Part shown: positions 1-13,800 of the stretch, piece after piece | Position numbering within the stretch: the stretch's first letter is position 1 | Layout: each line of letters begins with the position of its first letter | Origin: Bugula neritina | Lineage: Eukaryota > Animalia > Bryozoa | Length of the DNA: 64,000 nucleotides | Reading direction: 5' to 3' | NCBI GenBank assembly: GCA_964035545.1 | Contig: OZ037769.1 | Coordinates: 10,446,633-10,510,632 of the forward strand | The notes under the pieces: generated by a model | What the model saw: only the letters and a program-made list of their open reading frames with translations | What the model was told of the DNA's origin: nothing | The model's database searches: none | Program-made: the position numbers and the translations under genes

Positions 1-264
1 CAAATATCACAAAATTACAAGTTGTGTTGCATCAGTATACTACTGAAAATATTTTATGAGCGCAGCTTAATAATACAAATTAGAGACTTTATTGCTAAAA
101 TGATATTTTTCAAATATAAACAGATTAACCACCAACAAAACTTTTGTCTATGTTCTATCATTCTCATGCCATACTACTAATAGTTCAAACAAACTACTAT
201 AACATTCCCTTCTACACCCGGAATATCGCCTGCCAGTTTATATTACAAACAGCACTATACATAC

Positions 265-2537
265 CAGCGGGCATCTCAGATGTAGAGGAAACCTCTAATA
301 CACCATTATGGTATCCGGGAGGGGAGATAACTTCCACTGATTCAGCAGAACTTAAGCTATACCCATGCACTTGTAAACGTCCTACAAATCCAACAACTGC
401 CAATGTCATCACACATTAAATTACCAACATACAGTAAAAACATCAAATTGAACCAAATATAGTTACTTCAGACAAGGCAATTTTCAACTGTATCCTATGG
501 AAGGCATATTATATAATGTCACTGGATTAGCATATGTTTGAGCCTAGGGTTCATCGGTCTACCTAATACGGAGTATACTGTATAGTATAAAGTATAGTAT
601 TTAGTATAATATAGAATATAGTACAGAGTATAGTACAGAGTATAATACAGAGTATAGTACAGAGTATAGTACAGAGTATAATACAGAGTATAGTACAGAG
701 TATAGTACAGAGTATAGTACAGAGTATAGTACAGAGTATAGTACGGAGTATAGTACGGAGTATAGTACGGAGTATAGTACAGAGTATAGTACAGAGTATT
801 GTACAGAGTATTGTACAGAGTATAGTACGGAGTATAGTACAGAGTATAGTACAGAGTATAGTACGGAGTATAATATAGAGTATAATACAGAGTATAGTAC
901 AGAGTATAGTACAGAGTATAATACACAGTATAGTACGGAGTATAGTACAGAGTATAATACAGAGTATAGTACAGAGTATAGTACACAGTATAGTACACAG
1001 TATAGTACAGAGTATAGTACAGAGTATAGTACAGAGTATAGTACAGAGTATAGTATAGAGTATAGTACAGAGTATAGTACAGAGTAGGATAGTGACACTC
1101 CTTGAACTCAGCATTGAGAATATAAACTTGGTATAGCGCAAAATCTTTCTTTCATTATTGCCAGATAAGTAAAATGTACAGGCAGCTGTAGCCCTCACCG
1201 CCAGAACACAAATTGGTCTTCCATTTGCAAGATGATGTTTCCAAAGTCAAAAGCTATTGGCAAGCATCACTTCCACATTTTATATAACCACCATTTTTCT
1301 TAATATCAGTTGAGAGAAACAAAAGCCATGAATCACAATTATTAGCAAAACTTAACAATAAACAACCATTAAATGCTAGTGACCAACCTTCTACAGATAG
1401 AGATGTCAACTTAACAATGCCGCGAATCTCCACACGATGATAGAAAGCGACCAACCAGGAGTTACTTTCAAGGGGCCACGACTTCAAAGAATGAGACAGC
1501 TGCATATGTGGCACGATATGTCCCGAGTGTTGCCTTTTATTATATTTGGTCGATGCTTGATTTGCCAACTCCTTCAGTGTCTTTTGAATATCCGTGCGAG
1601 GTGGTGCAGCAGTTACTGGAGTTGTCTGCTCCCCTACTTCTGCAAGTTTAGATGTCGCTACCAAGGGTGCTTCTGAAGTGCTATTGCATGTCTCCTTTTG
1701 ACCATCTGATTGCAACGGTTCAGATTTTCTTTTTACTTTTTTCCTTGAGCGGCACGCAGGGCTTAATATATCAAGGGAGAAAAGTTTTTCGGGAGAGCTG
1801 CAAGAACGAGTACGCCTGCGTTGAGCATGAGGTGCAGCTTCAGTATCACGCTCTGCAATTGATTTAGAGCTACCCGGGTTATCTGAGAGAGTTGAAGTGG
1901 TGCTTTTATTATCAGCAGCATTTCTAAGCAGTTTTCCTTTATTTAGTGTTGCACCACAACCACTGTAGTTGAATAACAATGTTTTTGCGGTTTCTTTGAG
2001 TTTGTTGAAACTTTGACTTGATGCATTTTTCTTCTTAGTAACCTTAAAATCATAAGGTATTATCATCAAGGTATTTTGAAATCAAATCAGATATAATGAA
2101 CAAGAAAAATATTTTTTGCATGAAGATAGATGCTATAGTCCAGATGTCAAAATGCAGATACATGTAAAATTCAACATATATAAATATGGCTTTCAAAATG
2201 GTGTAGGTAGTAGATATACCATGTCTCATATCACAAGCTAAACAAAATATAACTAAAGCTTAGTTCCTATAATTTAACACAAAAATATTTTATTCTGCTG
2301 CTAAATTAATACGCAAGTCACACCACTGCATTCAACACTCACCACCTGCTCTATTAACAAGTAAATCTCAAAAGCTGAGAACTCAAGTTTCTTTCAGCGT
2401 CCGTAAAAGCTGAATAACAGAGAGTTTCTAAATATTCTAATTCCAACCTTTTTTCGATCTTGAAGTGTAGTTATAGTTTGGTTAGATTTTTTGGTCAAAT
2501 GGCCAACATCTAAATCTTGTTGTCTTTTCTTCACCAT
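265..2537 (-). CDS. NOL9: Polynucleotide 5'-hydroxyl-kinase NOL9/Grc3-like, 5' exons only (gene continues beyond the window start)
   Basis: Exons 2537-2448 (ATG, MVKKRQQ..DRKK, phase 0), 2042-1388 (phase 1) and 381-265, all GT-AG and phase-compatible. The joined peptide PLESNSWLVAFYHRVEIRGIVKLTSLSVE-GRLQVHGYSLSSAESVEVISP resembles the NOL9 N-terminal beta region (recalled human FSGICRVTCLYGQVQVFGFTISQG) and follows a basic, disordered N-terminus. The kinase P-loop is not in the window. Confidence 0.7.
567..1085. repeat. 12-bp minisatellite (AGTATAGTACAG)n, about 43 copies, in a NOL9 intron
   Basis: Visible tandem array; it explains the spurious YYTL/CTIL/YSVL ORFs. Confidence 0.95.
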
Positions 2538-3040
2538 TGTATAAATAAGGTCAGATTTTCAGTGCCAAATATGATTTCTTAAGCAGTTTTTTCAGATTTT
2601 CTACAAAAATGTAGTAATACTACACTATGAGCAATATTATAACCAATTACCGAACTGCAATAACAAAATGTGATGCACAAAATGCCTTTATATAGTATTT
2701 GTACAACTTTTCATATCACTCGCGACAAAATGGCATATTGGAACATCTCTAAACATTTATGTATTAAAGGCACCTTCTAAGAAATGGAACTATAATCAAA
2801 AATATTTTACTATAGAAATTTCGCCTTTTCTACAACAAAGCATCTTAAGTAACCCCAACAACTCAAATGCTTGCTTTGGTTCTACTTATTGTAGTATTAA
2901 ACTCATTAGTTATTGTAACACTATAAAATAAAAAGTTTATTCTGTAACATCAACTCTGTTTAGTTGATTACTATTTGTAACTAAACTACAAGCATTCATA
3001 TTTTCTATAGGTTATGATAATGCATTAAATGCAAAATTCA

Positions 3041-3212
3041 AGAGAGTTGGTAAATAATAGTATTTCTCAACTTTGTTATTGTTTTGCTGGCAATATAAAT
3101 GAATGATCCACACATAGAAAACTAAGTTGATACAAGAATGGGCATACTATTAGTAATAGTAATATTTATAGAGAGTTGGTAAATAATAGTCCTTCTCAAC
3201 TCTGTTATTGTT
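3041..3212 (+). repeat. Direct repeat pair of about 43 bp
   Basis: AGAGAGTTGGTAAATAATAGT..TTCTCAACT.TGTTATTGTT at 3041 and 3170; each copy has short internal inverted ends (AGTTG/CAACT). Confidence 0.8.
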
Positions 3213-3899
3213 GATATTATAATGATATTCATATAGCCATAATATTTATTAGTGAGCCAAACTTGGTCATATATTATAAGTGTCACTCTATGAGTATGAT
3301 TTAACTCTGAGTCATAGTTTAAGACCAAGTGTGATTATAACAAAATACTTAAAGTATTCAATTGTAATAAATAAATATTAATTCAAGTTGTGATAAAGTT
3401 ACAAATATTGGTGGTAGTTGTATAACTAGTAAACTTATAAATAATATTAACAACGACAATATTATAATTATAGTAACTATGTTGCCACCCAATTGTATGT
3501 GATGGAGTTTTAGAGCTTTCTGCTAAATGTTATTTCTGCTGCAAGTGGCAAATTCATACATAACGTTACCTTGTGAAATTTTTCAGTCAAAAGATGGAAA
3601 ATTGTACAATTTAATTGTAATACTAATAGTAATAGTGTTCATAATTTTAATAGACAAACAGTGTAATAGTTATAATAATACTAATAGTAGTTAGTACATA
3701 ACCGTTAGTATGAGCATCAGTTTTACTTTTATAGTTAAAGTTAGCGAAGTGTTAGTTAGTGACACTGTAACTGTTACATTAACATTAACTGCTAGGCCTA
3801 GTGTTACACTTACAGTTAGTGTTACACTTACTGTTACTGAATGTTAGTGTTACATATAGTGATATACTGTGTTATCATGTTCATTGGGTTTCGCATTAC

Positions 3900-5790
3900 A
3901 GCTCCTGATAGTGATTACATACTACATGATAATCATGACGATAACATTAACTGCCTACTCATATTGATATTCATACTCATGGATACTGATCCTCAATAAG
4001 TATAACATTGACTATAAGAATAACTCCTATGGCTACTGACTATCAGTATCAATATGAAATTGAATATCATACTCATAGTCATAGTGAGTATCATAATCAT
4101 AGTCATATTGAATTACATTTCACATTTGCTGATACTAATAGAGTGATAGTGATACTGCTAGTCTTAGTCACACCCATACACATAGTGATAGTCATACTGA
4201 TAGTGATACTGATACTCATAATCATACTGAGTAGCAGTATCAGTATGAGTATGAGTATGAGTATCACTATCACTATGACTATGAGCTATGAACTTGAAGT
4301 GAGTTAGACATGTCACATGACTATGAGTATGCTTATGTGGTGGTGATACTGACAGTGATACTGATACGGAATCTGATAGACATTAGCAGTAGTTTATACA
4401 GTTAATCATAATCATAATGTTATACTCGTATTCATATTCATACTGATATAGAGTATAGACCATCTACAGGCAATGTGATATAATTTTAATACCATGCTTA
4501 TGCTAGAAATTCACGAAAGCGCTTGAAGCAGCACCGAGTTGGTGATCATTGAGTGTAGTGGTTTGGTGGAGGTTTTGATTTTGAAGTTAGGGGTTCGGAG
4601 TACACAAAACGATACGTATACAAAATATATGTCACTCTGCAACTTAACGCTGTTTCTAACGATTCTCAGACTCTTAGTTCATTATTTTGCATATGAGTTA
4701 CATGAAATTATTCAGCGTAGCACTGCAGACTTTACGAGATCGTCCCACAAATCGAGGTGTAGTAATTTCAAAACTAAGGTGATAAACCTTTACTGTAAAA
4801 GGCCGGAAAATACAAATTTGATGTCTAATATTATATATTTGTATTAACAATCTCCATTAGTAAAGCTCTCAATGCATTTGAATGACTGCTGATTTTGATA
4901 TCTAATACTAATAGTAATAGTAATACAGAGACAAGGGCAGTCAGCTTTTATACAAGCAACTTAAAGGTGAGATTTTGTATAATATAAGCCTTAACAGAAA
5001 TCAGAATAATTGTTATGGGGCTACAGCAAATTTTTATAATAACACAGTATTTGTCATTTTGTGGTTTAACTTTCAGTTTCACTTTGTACTCATAGTGATA
5101 GTCATACTCATACTGATACTGATACCCATACTTAATAACTATAAGTATAAGTATGAGTATCAGTATGACTTAGACTATGAGTACTATAAGTTGAGTATAA
5201 GTAACTTATTTACTATCAGTCATACTCATACTCATAGTCATAGTGATACTGATACTCATACTGTGATAGTGATACTGATAGTGAATACAGAAAGTGAGAA
5301 TAGTCATATTAATTTAATAGACTTAGAAATAGAATCATACTCTGTTAAACTTAATGTTACTCATACTCATAGTCATACTCATACTCATAGTCATGGTCAT
5401 TCTCATAGCCATAGTGATAGTCATACTGCTACTGACACTGACAGTGACACTAATAGTAATAGTAATACCGATACCAGTACCATACTGATAATGATAGTGA
5501 TACTGATACTGTCACAGTGTCAGTCAGTGTCACTCACGGTTGGACTCAGTGTGAGTGTCACACGGACACTTACGAGGTCAGTGCCGGTGTGCTGACTTTC
5601 AGATTCAGTGCCAGCATCACACTCATTTGAGTTAGGTCCAGTAAGGCACCTGTAGGCTGACCATGATGTTTATACTATCAATGAGAGTAATACTGATGGT
5701 GATAGTATCAGTCAAAGTCACACCCATACTCATAGTGGTAGTCATTGTCATGATCAGACTGATAGTGATACTCATTTAGTTTTACATTAT
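3900..5790. repeat. Degenerate hexamer satellite (CATACT/GATAGT/GATACT family) in two blocks, about 3900-4460 and 5085-5790
   Basis: Visible 6-bp periodicity in both orientations; it gives the HTHSHS/IVILIL pseudo-ORFs. Confidence 0.8.
4490..4850. promoter_or_regulatory. Putative bidirectional promoter / first non-coding exons for head-to-head NOL9 and DESI1
   Basis: Locally CpG-richer, non-repetitive island between two divergent housekeeping-type genes. Candidate outward-facing donors lie at about 4492 (minus) and 4779 (plus, AAG|GTGATA). Both first coding exons are preceded by AG acceptors (about 2602 and 7746). Inference only. Confidence 0.35.
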
Positions 5791-5825
5791 GAATTTATGG
5801 TTATCAATACCTAATTGATGCTGAT

Positions 5826-6526
5826 GGCCCGTCTCGCAAATCGTGTCTGGAAAAGCACCAAGCTGACTGTGTCTACAAAGATGGCATCGTATAACGTTTG
5901 TGTTGTCAGCACCTTGTTGTATGGCAGTGAAACATGGACTGCATATGCCAGGCAAGAGTGGAAGCTTTACACATTCCACCTCAGAAACATCCGTCACATC
6001 CCGGGGATCACATGGCAAGACCGAGTGACCAACGCAAAGTTTCTTTTGCAAGCTAGTCTTTCTAGCGTGTTTACCCTGCTCAGGCAACACAAACTGCGCT
6101 GAATTGGTCATGTGCAATGAAGGATGCATTTCCAAGGATGTTCTTTATAGCGAACTAACCAGCAGTAGCCGAACTCCTGGGCAACCTCGACTGCGCTACA
6201 AAGATGTCTGCAAGAGGAATATGGCAGCTATCAATATAGACACAGCGTCTTGGGAGGATGTCGCATTCGACCGCAGGAGTTGGAGGAGCAAACTAAAATG
6301 CCATCTCACAGCTGCAGAAAAAAAACCTCTCAGTGTAGCTGCTGAAAAGCGGGCATACTGAAGGGCTCAGGCCACCACCAACAGACCGGAGTCCACTTAC
6401 AAGTGTGACCTTAGTGGCAAGGACTGCCACGCACACATTATTCTGTACAGCCACAGGCGCCGCTGCTCAGCCCAATCATAGGGTGCATTCCATGGTCGAA
6501 TCGACCGACAGAGGCCAAACAACAAC
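5826..6526 (+). mobile_element. 5'-truncated, degenerate RTE-clade LINE (post-RT region and C-terminal zinc-finger-like end)
   Basis: The translation STLLYGSETWT...ITWQDRVTN...LR*IGHV...YSEL...PGQPRLRYKDVCKRNM...WEDVAFDRRSWR...YKCDLSGKDC...SHRRRC is typical of the RTE C-terminus, with stops and a frameshift. It ends in a (CAA)n tail, with a candidate 10-bp TSD TGATGCTGAT 5816-5825 / TGATGTTGAT 6527-6536. Confidence 0.9.
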
Positions 6527-7814
6527 TGATGTTGATAATCATAATGATTATGATATTAATATTTGTCCTTATAGACTACTTATACTTAAATCATTAGTTA
6601 TACTTATACTTCTAGTGATAGTCTTATTATTCAATGCTATCTGTGTCTTAGACTATAATAATAAAGTATGAATATAACTTTAACTCTAGTCTTTAAGTTT
6701 AGCTGTAAGTATAACTGTAAGTGAAAGTTTATATGATTTAATTTTTATATGATGGTGCTGGCTCGAAAATGAAAGTAGATGTCCACATTTTTCCAAACTA
6801 TATTATATTTGTTCGGTTTACAGTTACTGGGTCTAATAGTAAGAAATTAAGATTCTTCAAAAATTAGATAGAAAATTTCGATAATTTAAAGCAGTTTTAT
6901 TAAAAGTTTTTATAATTATAAATAATAATTGTACAAATTATCTAACATTTATTGATACAGGTTGACGTTGAAACTAGATAATCATAATTATATTGATATA
7001 GTATTTTCTTGACTTAAAATACATTTTCAGATTGTCATTGCATCAGTACGACTGCTTTTCTTAAAGGAATTATGCTGGTGTACTTTAGCTTTTCAGGAAG
7101 TTGTCATTAGTATGTCATTGTGATTGTAGTAGTCATGTTTTATGGTTTTGTCAATTTTGTAATTGCAGCTTGCTTAAAATTTATATCAAAAAGTTAGTCT
7201 TCTAACTGCAATTACACTAAACTAATGATTTTTATTAGGCTGTATGACTATGTAGTTGTGCTAGGTTTCTATTAAAGTAACTGGCAAGTTAGTAGATGAA
7301 TCAAATTAATTAACCACTGCAACTTTAATAATAGTATTTTCTTATGCTGATTTGGTAAACTCATTCATGCATAGTAAAATTATTTATAATAAACATATTC
7401 TTTTTAGTCTAATAATTATTTAATGTAAGGATTGCTAACAACAAAATAATGTTACTTATGAGAAAGATTTTAATACCAACAAAAGTCAATACAAATGAAA
7501 ACCTATAATTTTAACATCTTTTCGCTCTTTTGCATTATCAATAGCTTCATTTTAGATCATATGCAAAAATGTGTTTAACAATCATTGTGAAATTATCTAG
7601 TTTTAAAATATAAATTTTTATTTGTTTAGAGAAAATTTAGTAATTCTGTAGCTTAAATTAATCTCAGTCAGTTAAAGACATTAATCTGTTTGGAGCAAGA
7701 AAAAGCTAGTATTAATATTTGTCTCATCATTGTTTGTTGACTGTAGGATAGTAAATGTACCAAGGACTCTCAACTGTTTCAATCTGACCTCAACTCACAT
7801 CTCAATTGATCATT

Positions 7815-10800
7815 ATGCCAGTCTCACCAGTGGAAGTTTGGATATATGATTTATCAAAAGGCTTAGCTCGTTCCATGTCTTTTCCACTTTTAGGTATGCA
7901 ACATTGTACTTTTCTAATAAAATATTGTTTTAGGATGTGTATGTAGTTGATAATTATTTACTTTAAATGTTGTATATTCAGTACATGTAGTGAAAGTAAC
8001 ACCCACCTGGGTTGTAATGTTTCACAGTTATGGATCTTTCTATGAATCTTCAGCGAAGTCTATATAGTTTTTGCAAAAGGTTTTGAAAGGCTGTGTGCAT
8101 GTGAATTACATTCCTGTACATTATTTTCAAGTTTTTAACCAATTTGCTAACTTTAATCTATAATTTTGTGGTAACGTAATTACTAATTAAAAATATTTTA
8201 TTTTGATGTCCCACAACAGTTTAGTCACAGCTGCTCATATTAATAGCCTAATAAGTTATACATTAGTAACAACTGATTGGGAAAGCTGGCTAACATTTAC
8301 TCAAATCCTATTCATTGTTTCTGAATACATTGCTAGAAGGACAGGGGAACTCCATAACCATACTTAGTCAACACTGCCCTTCAAAAGCTTGAAACTGCTT
8401 TGCTAAACATTTAGAATTAAAAAGCTTTAGTCTATGTTCAGTGTCGCTAAAAGTGCTAATTTGAGATTTTAAAATTATTTAATTTTTAATTTGAAGTTGT
8501 TGAAAAAAAATTTTCAGTTTGAAAACTACGCTAAAATTTGGGCCATATGTTAATGGAAGTTCTACGTTTGCAAACTTTAATTGGTGTCGATGCTTAGTAC
8601 ATTATTTAAATGAAATTTCAAAAATGCTGTTCAGTTTATGCTATGAGAATGGCATAACTTTTAACAATCAGTTGTCTTATCTTTTGGTATCATTATCTAT
8701 AAGTGGTAGATGCAGTAATTGAGAAAAATCTGTGTTCTAAATTAGAAATGGAGCATGTAAGAAGTTATGTTCTCGTGAGAATTTCAACCGGAGGCCCAAA
8801 CCAAAATTTAATAACACAATTAAAGCACTTAGGCTATCTCAATTTCTCTACTGCTGCTCCTAAATGATCTATAAAACCTAATAATTTCAACTTTTGTCTA
8901 TAGTTTTTATTCAATATTGCATCATGTTATAGCTTATTGCTGCATTTTTGTAGGAAAGCAAATTGATGGCATTTGGCATACTGCAATTGTAGTTTATGGT
9001 AACGAATATTTCTTTGGTGGTGATAGCATTGAGTGCTGCACCCCGGTGAGTATTTACTATTAGTTAATCTTAATAATTTCTCTACGCTTTTATAATTGAG
9101 TGCTGTCCTGTATATGAAATAGTGGAGAAGACGTGAATATTATGATATGGCTTTTCTCCTAAGATATTGCTAGCAAGTTCATTTCTTTGCTGCAAGCTGT
9201 ACAATAGTTAAAAGAGACGAAACTACAGGGTTGGTAGAGTTTATTTGTAAATTAGTTTAGTATAAACATACAGTATTGCAGTGAAACTCAAAAGGTATAC
9301 AGCATTTGCTTCGGATCTAAATTACTAAAAATATCATTAAAATAATATTAAACTTTGGTTATTTATGCAATTTAATTATTTGTATCTTATATGCACAGTT
9401 ATTTATCCTCGGAACATAATCTACAACACAAAAATATTTAAGCCTGCCAACATATAAATTCAGTCAGCAAAATAACCTCTAGAGCAGAACTACATTCAGA
9501 AAATCTAGTGTGGCATGTTTATAAAATTTTTTTATTTTGTTTCCTGCCATAATATAGTAGCTGTTTAAGCTCCTCCCACTTATTGCTATTATATAAATAA
9601 TGTATTTATATGATGAATCATTCAACTTAATAAACCAGTATCTAATTTACATCCTAATAAACCCTATAAATAACAAATAAGCTACAACAAATAGGGTATT
9701 AATACATCTGTTGATGGTTAAACTGGTCCTTTTATTACTTTTTTGCAAATTTATTTTTTATTGTGTTCATTTTTCTTTCCCATTATGTTTAATATTTTTC
9801 TTTGCTGTTATATTTGAGTCTAAATGTAACTGTAAGTTAATTTCATCATCAATGATATTTCTTCCTCCAAAATTGAATGCATGTTGAATTTGAAAATCAA
9901 AGTATATAACTGACTGGTTTTCTTCATTTATTGCTCTGTGTAAATGTTGGCTATGATTTGATGACAGTACCATCATTTTCATGTTTTAGTCGAGATTTTG
10001 ACTGAGCTCAATTTCCTGTTACAGGGTGGCACTGTGCTGGGGATGCCAAACTCAAAAGTAAGTCTTGGAGCTACTGAAATCCCCAGTGAGATTTTTCATG
10101 AGCATCTTCGAGAGCTTTCACAAACAACCTTCAGGTGACAATATTATTTGATTTTGATGCGTTCAATATTAGCCTAGTTAATTGTTGCTGTCTCAATTTT
10201 TTGCAGTTTTTATCAGGGGTTTTATGTCATCATGAGATGTACTTTATAAATTACTTATTATAAAGTTTTGTGAATTATAAAACTGGATTCCATCATATGA
10301 GATGACAAGGTTAGAAATGTTTATATTGTTGTAAATTATAGGATATGTTTTTACATTCTATAGAAGACTAAGTTGATTAGATTCAGTAGTTCACAAGTGA
10401 AGTGACATGACTAATACTAAGTTTCAATTCACTGGTTTGTCACATTGTAATATCGTGTGCTGGAAAGTAGTGCCACTTGATGCAACAACGTTTATCCTGA
10501 AGTCAAATAGTGAAAAATTATGAGCTAATCATTACTGGTGTATTAGAAAACTTGTTGCGTAAAAAAACTCAAATCTTGGTTATTAAGTAGTTTGTCAAAA
10601 TACAAGGTAAGAAATTTGAAAGGAACAAGTAGTGATAGGGTTTGAATAAAGAGAAAATAACATCCGTTATGGGTTCATCTATTACTGTGGCTTTTTACCC
10701 TCACTAAACCTGAGATGGCTTTATCTTTTTGCAAGTTATTTAATTTTAAACTGTCTTGAACTTGACTGGATGAGCTTTTAAGTATAACCGATTTGTATAT

Positions 10801-13800
10801 TTCTAGACTCTGGTAGGACTATCAATGAGTAAAACTTGTTAATTAGCTAAATAATCAAGTGAATGGTTGGTAAATTAGTGGGGGTTCATGGGTTGTTTTA
10901 TTTTCCGTTCAATTCTGAAGCCACAATTACCTCACTGATTCATACATAATTATAGTTCCCATATTTTTAAACAGGCCATGTGACTACAATTTATTGAAGA
11001 GAAACTGTAACAACTTCAGCTCCGAGATAGCCCAGTTTCTCACAGGAAATGACATCCCTTCTCACATAACAAATCTGCCAGATGATGTGCTAAGCACGTA
11101 TGTATTACTCTCTGTGGTGTGCTTGTTTCACCTGCTTGTTAAAGTATAGTTACCAGTTAGTGGTGCTGTTCCTCCACAGGACTTTCAAGCAGCTTTCTTA
11201 CTGTGAGATTGATTTCTACTCCTTGACTATCTTAGTGACAGATAGATAACTCAGGGTTGGAAAATGTGGAACTTCCTGTAGTAATTTTCTACAGGTTGCT
11301 GTATGGTATCTACTAGCAATGGCTAAGGTGGTTATACTGAAGTATCACGTCTAGTCAATTACTGTTACTACCTCTGCCTATTCTTTTTTATCGGTAGACG
11401 TCAAGTTTCCATTTGCAAACATCAAAACCAGTTTAATCATCTGTTCAGTGTTTCACATCACACTCTAAAGTTCTGGCAGCAGTTATTCAGAATTTGGTAG
11501 ATCCATACGTTGCCTAGCAAATTGATACTATTGCAGTCAAGTGTTGGAGTTTACAGACTACTAACATGCATTTTAAGTGCAATCATGGTTTGGCTCTTTT
11601 TTGTTGTGTTTTTTAGTCCCTAGTCTAAGTGAACATAATTGTTTTGAAAACCACAACTCAATGTTAAATGTTCTCAAACAGCCAAACCTATACACACTTT
11701 CCAATATATTAATCGTTCACCGGTCATCATGAGAGTTGAATCCATGCCATGATGCATATTTTCTTTCTGCTGACATAATTTTCAAGAATTGGGTTGAAAT
11801 GTTGCAGACCGTTTGGACAGATGCTCAGACCGATGCTGGAGTCGGTTACAGTCAGTCCTGGCAGCGGTTCTCAGAGAGTGTTTGGAGAGAGTCAGCCGTC
11901 ACACAGGGTTATACAGCCAGCATCTCTTTCAGGTGCTGCCAGTAATACCTCAGTTGCTGCCGACAGTGTCGTGCAACAGAAGACACCTGTAGAGACCAAC
12001 AACTGTGTCACATTTCTTCCTACTCAGGTACATGCACTACTTGTGACGTGAGATATTACAGCATTGTGACTATAATATATATTTCACACAGTTACTCGTC
12101 TGCAGGATTATTCACTTTGTTCTCACATCCAGTAGATTGTAGATTGTAGTATGGCTGTCTTTGAGTTTTCTTTTATTATCTCATGAGATTTCAACTAAAA
12201 ACCCTGAACATTTTGTGACTGATGAATGAGTATCATCACTTTTCAGAGCATACATTTACTGTTGCTTAGATTGACAGATATTTGTGTTTACCAATCACTT
12301 TGGTGCTTTAATAACCTGATAAGTAATGCAGTGTAGTGTAGTGTAATGCAGTATAATATGTAGTGTAATACAGTATAATATGCAGTGTAATACAGTATAA
12401 TATGTAGTGTAATACAGTATAATATGCAGTGTAATACAGTATAATATGCAGTGTAATACAGTATAATATGCAGTGTAATACAGTATAGTATGCAGTGTAA
12501 TGCAGTATAATATGTAGTGTAATGCAGTATAATATGTAGTGTAATGCAGTATAATATGCAGTGTAATGCAGTATAATATGTAGTGTAATGCAGTATAATA
12601 TGTAGTGTAATACAGTATAATATGCAGTGTAATACAGTATAATATTCAGTGTAAAACAGTATAATATGCAGTGTAATACAGTATAATATGCAGTGTAATG
12701 CAGTATAATATGTAGTGTAATGCAGTGTAATGCAGGGTAATACATTGTAATACTGGTACATTTGTCAACCAGCCACTGGAGACAGAAGGGCTCTGTGAAG
12801 GAGAGCTGCAGAGGAAGTTCCTGGCTGACCTGGTGGAGTATGTTTCTGTGGAGAAGGTTTGCTGGAGTGTGAGTCCGGCACACGTCAAACTGTTGGGTAG
12901 GCTGATACTTCTGGTGACGTCACTCTTTGCAAATGAAACATTCTGACGCTGGTTATTCACTCTTACTATAAATATATGCTTATTACTCATGATCAGCATA
13001 GCCTCACTGAAAGTGATTGATAATTCTTTGTACTGACAGCGTCACCTGTTGTACAGTAGAAGTAGTGTTGGCCAGTCCAATGAGTGTGCTTTACCGTTAG
13101 TTTACCGCTACTTAGAGGGGTTTGTGTTGTACACAGAATGCAGTGTATGCACTGTTCAGGGAGTAATTGTTGTCTATTTTCCTGTTGTGCTTGCTACCTT
13201 AATGTTCTGTTTTACAGGCAGCTTGTTACTCAAAACAGAAAAACAAAGACTAGTAGTGTGGCAAATATTACAAAGATTTGTCATAAAAACGGATTCACTG
13301 GCTATATTACAAAGATGTGACAACTCCACACTTCTTGATCAGATAAATTTAGAAGATGTCGAAAGCCTCAAGTGTGTAAGTGCTGATAGCATCATTGTGT
13401 ACATTAAATAATACCATGTCGTTATTAAATGGAATTGAACATCATTAAAATTGTATTAATAGAACAAGATCTATGTAAGTCTTTACCTGCAAGAGTGTGC
13501 TAGAATGTATACATGTATGATGACAGCTTATTTACATCAGTCTATTGTTTACAGCTGTGTAACTTATGTTCTACTCCAACTGGATATAAGATGTGTCTAG
13601 CAAAGCAAAGACAACTCCTAGAGAAGCTGCCCACTTGTCTCCAGCAGCATTCCGCTGACGAAGAATTTCTAAATGTCTTAGTTTCAGTCATGTATAATGT
13701 GTCTGTACACCACGTAAGTGTATTAGTATTGTAAGTACACTGTTAGTGTAAGTGTATTGTTAGTGTAAGTGTATTGTTAGTGTAAGTATACTGTTAGTGT

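Noticed and set aside
519-1198. Long ORFs of YYTL/CTIL/YSVL repeats (and similar ones at 12288-12999, 40488-40810, 44222-44886, 50262-50499)
   Set aside because: They are translations of stop-poor tandem repeats in introns or intergenic DNA.
1254-1387. 3' end of the 271-aa ORF (WSLAFNGCLL...)
   Set aside because: Read-through into the intron; NOL9 similarity continues only through the 1388-381 splice.
4008-5595. His/Ser/Ile-rich ORFs
   Set aside because: Products of the hexamer satellite.
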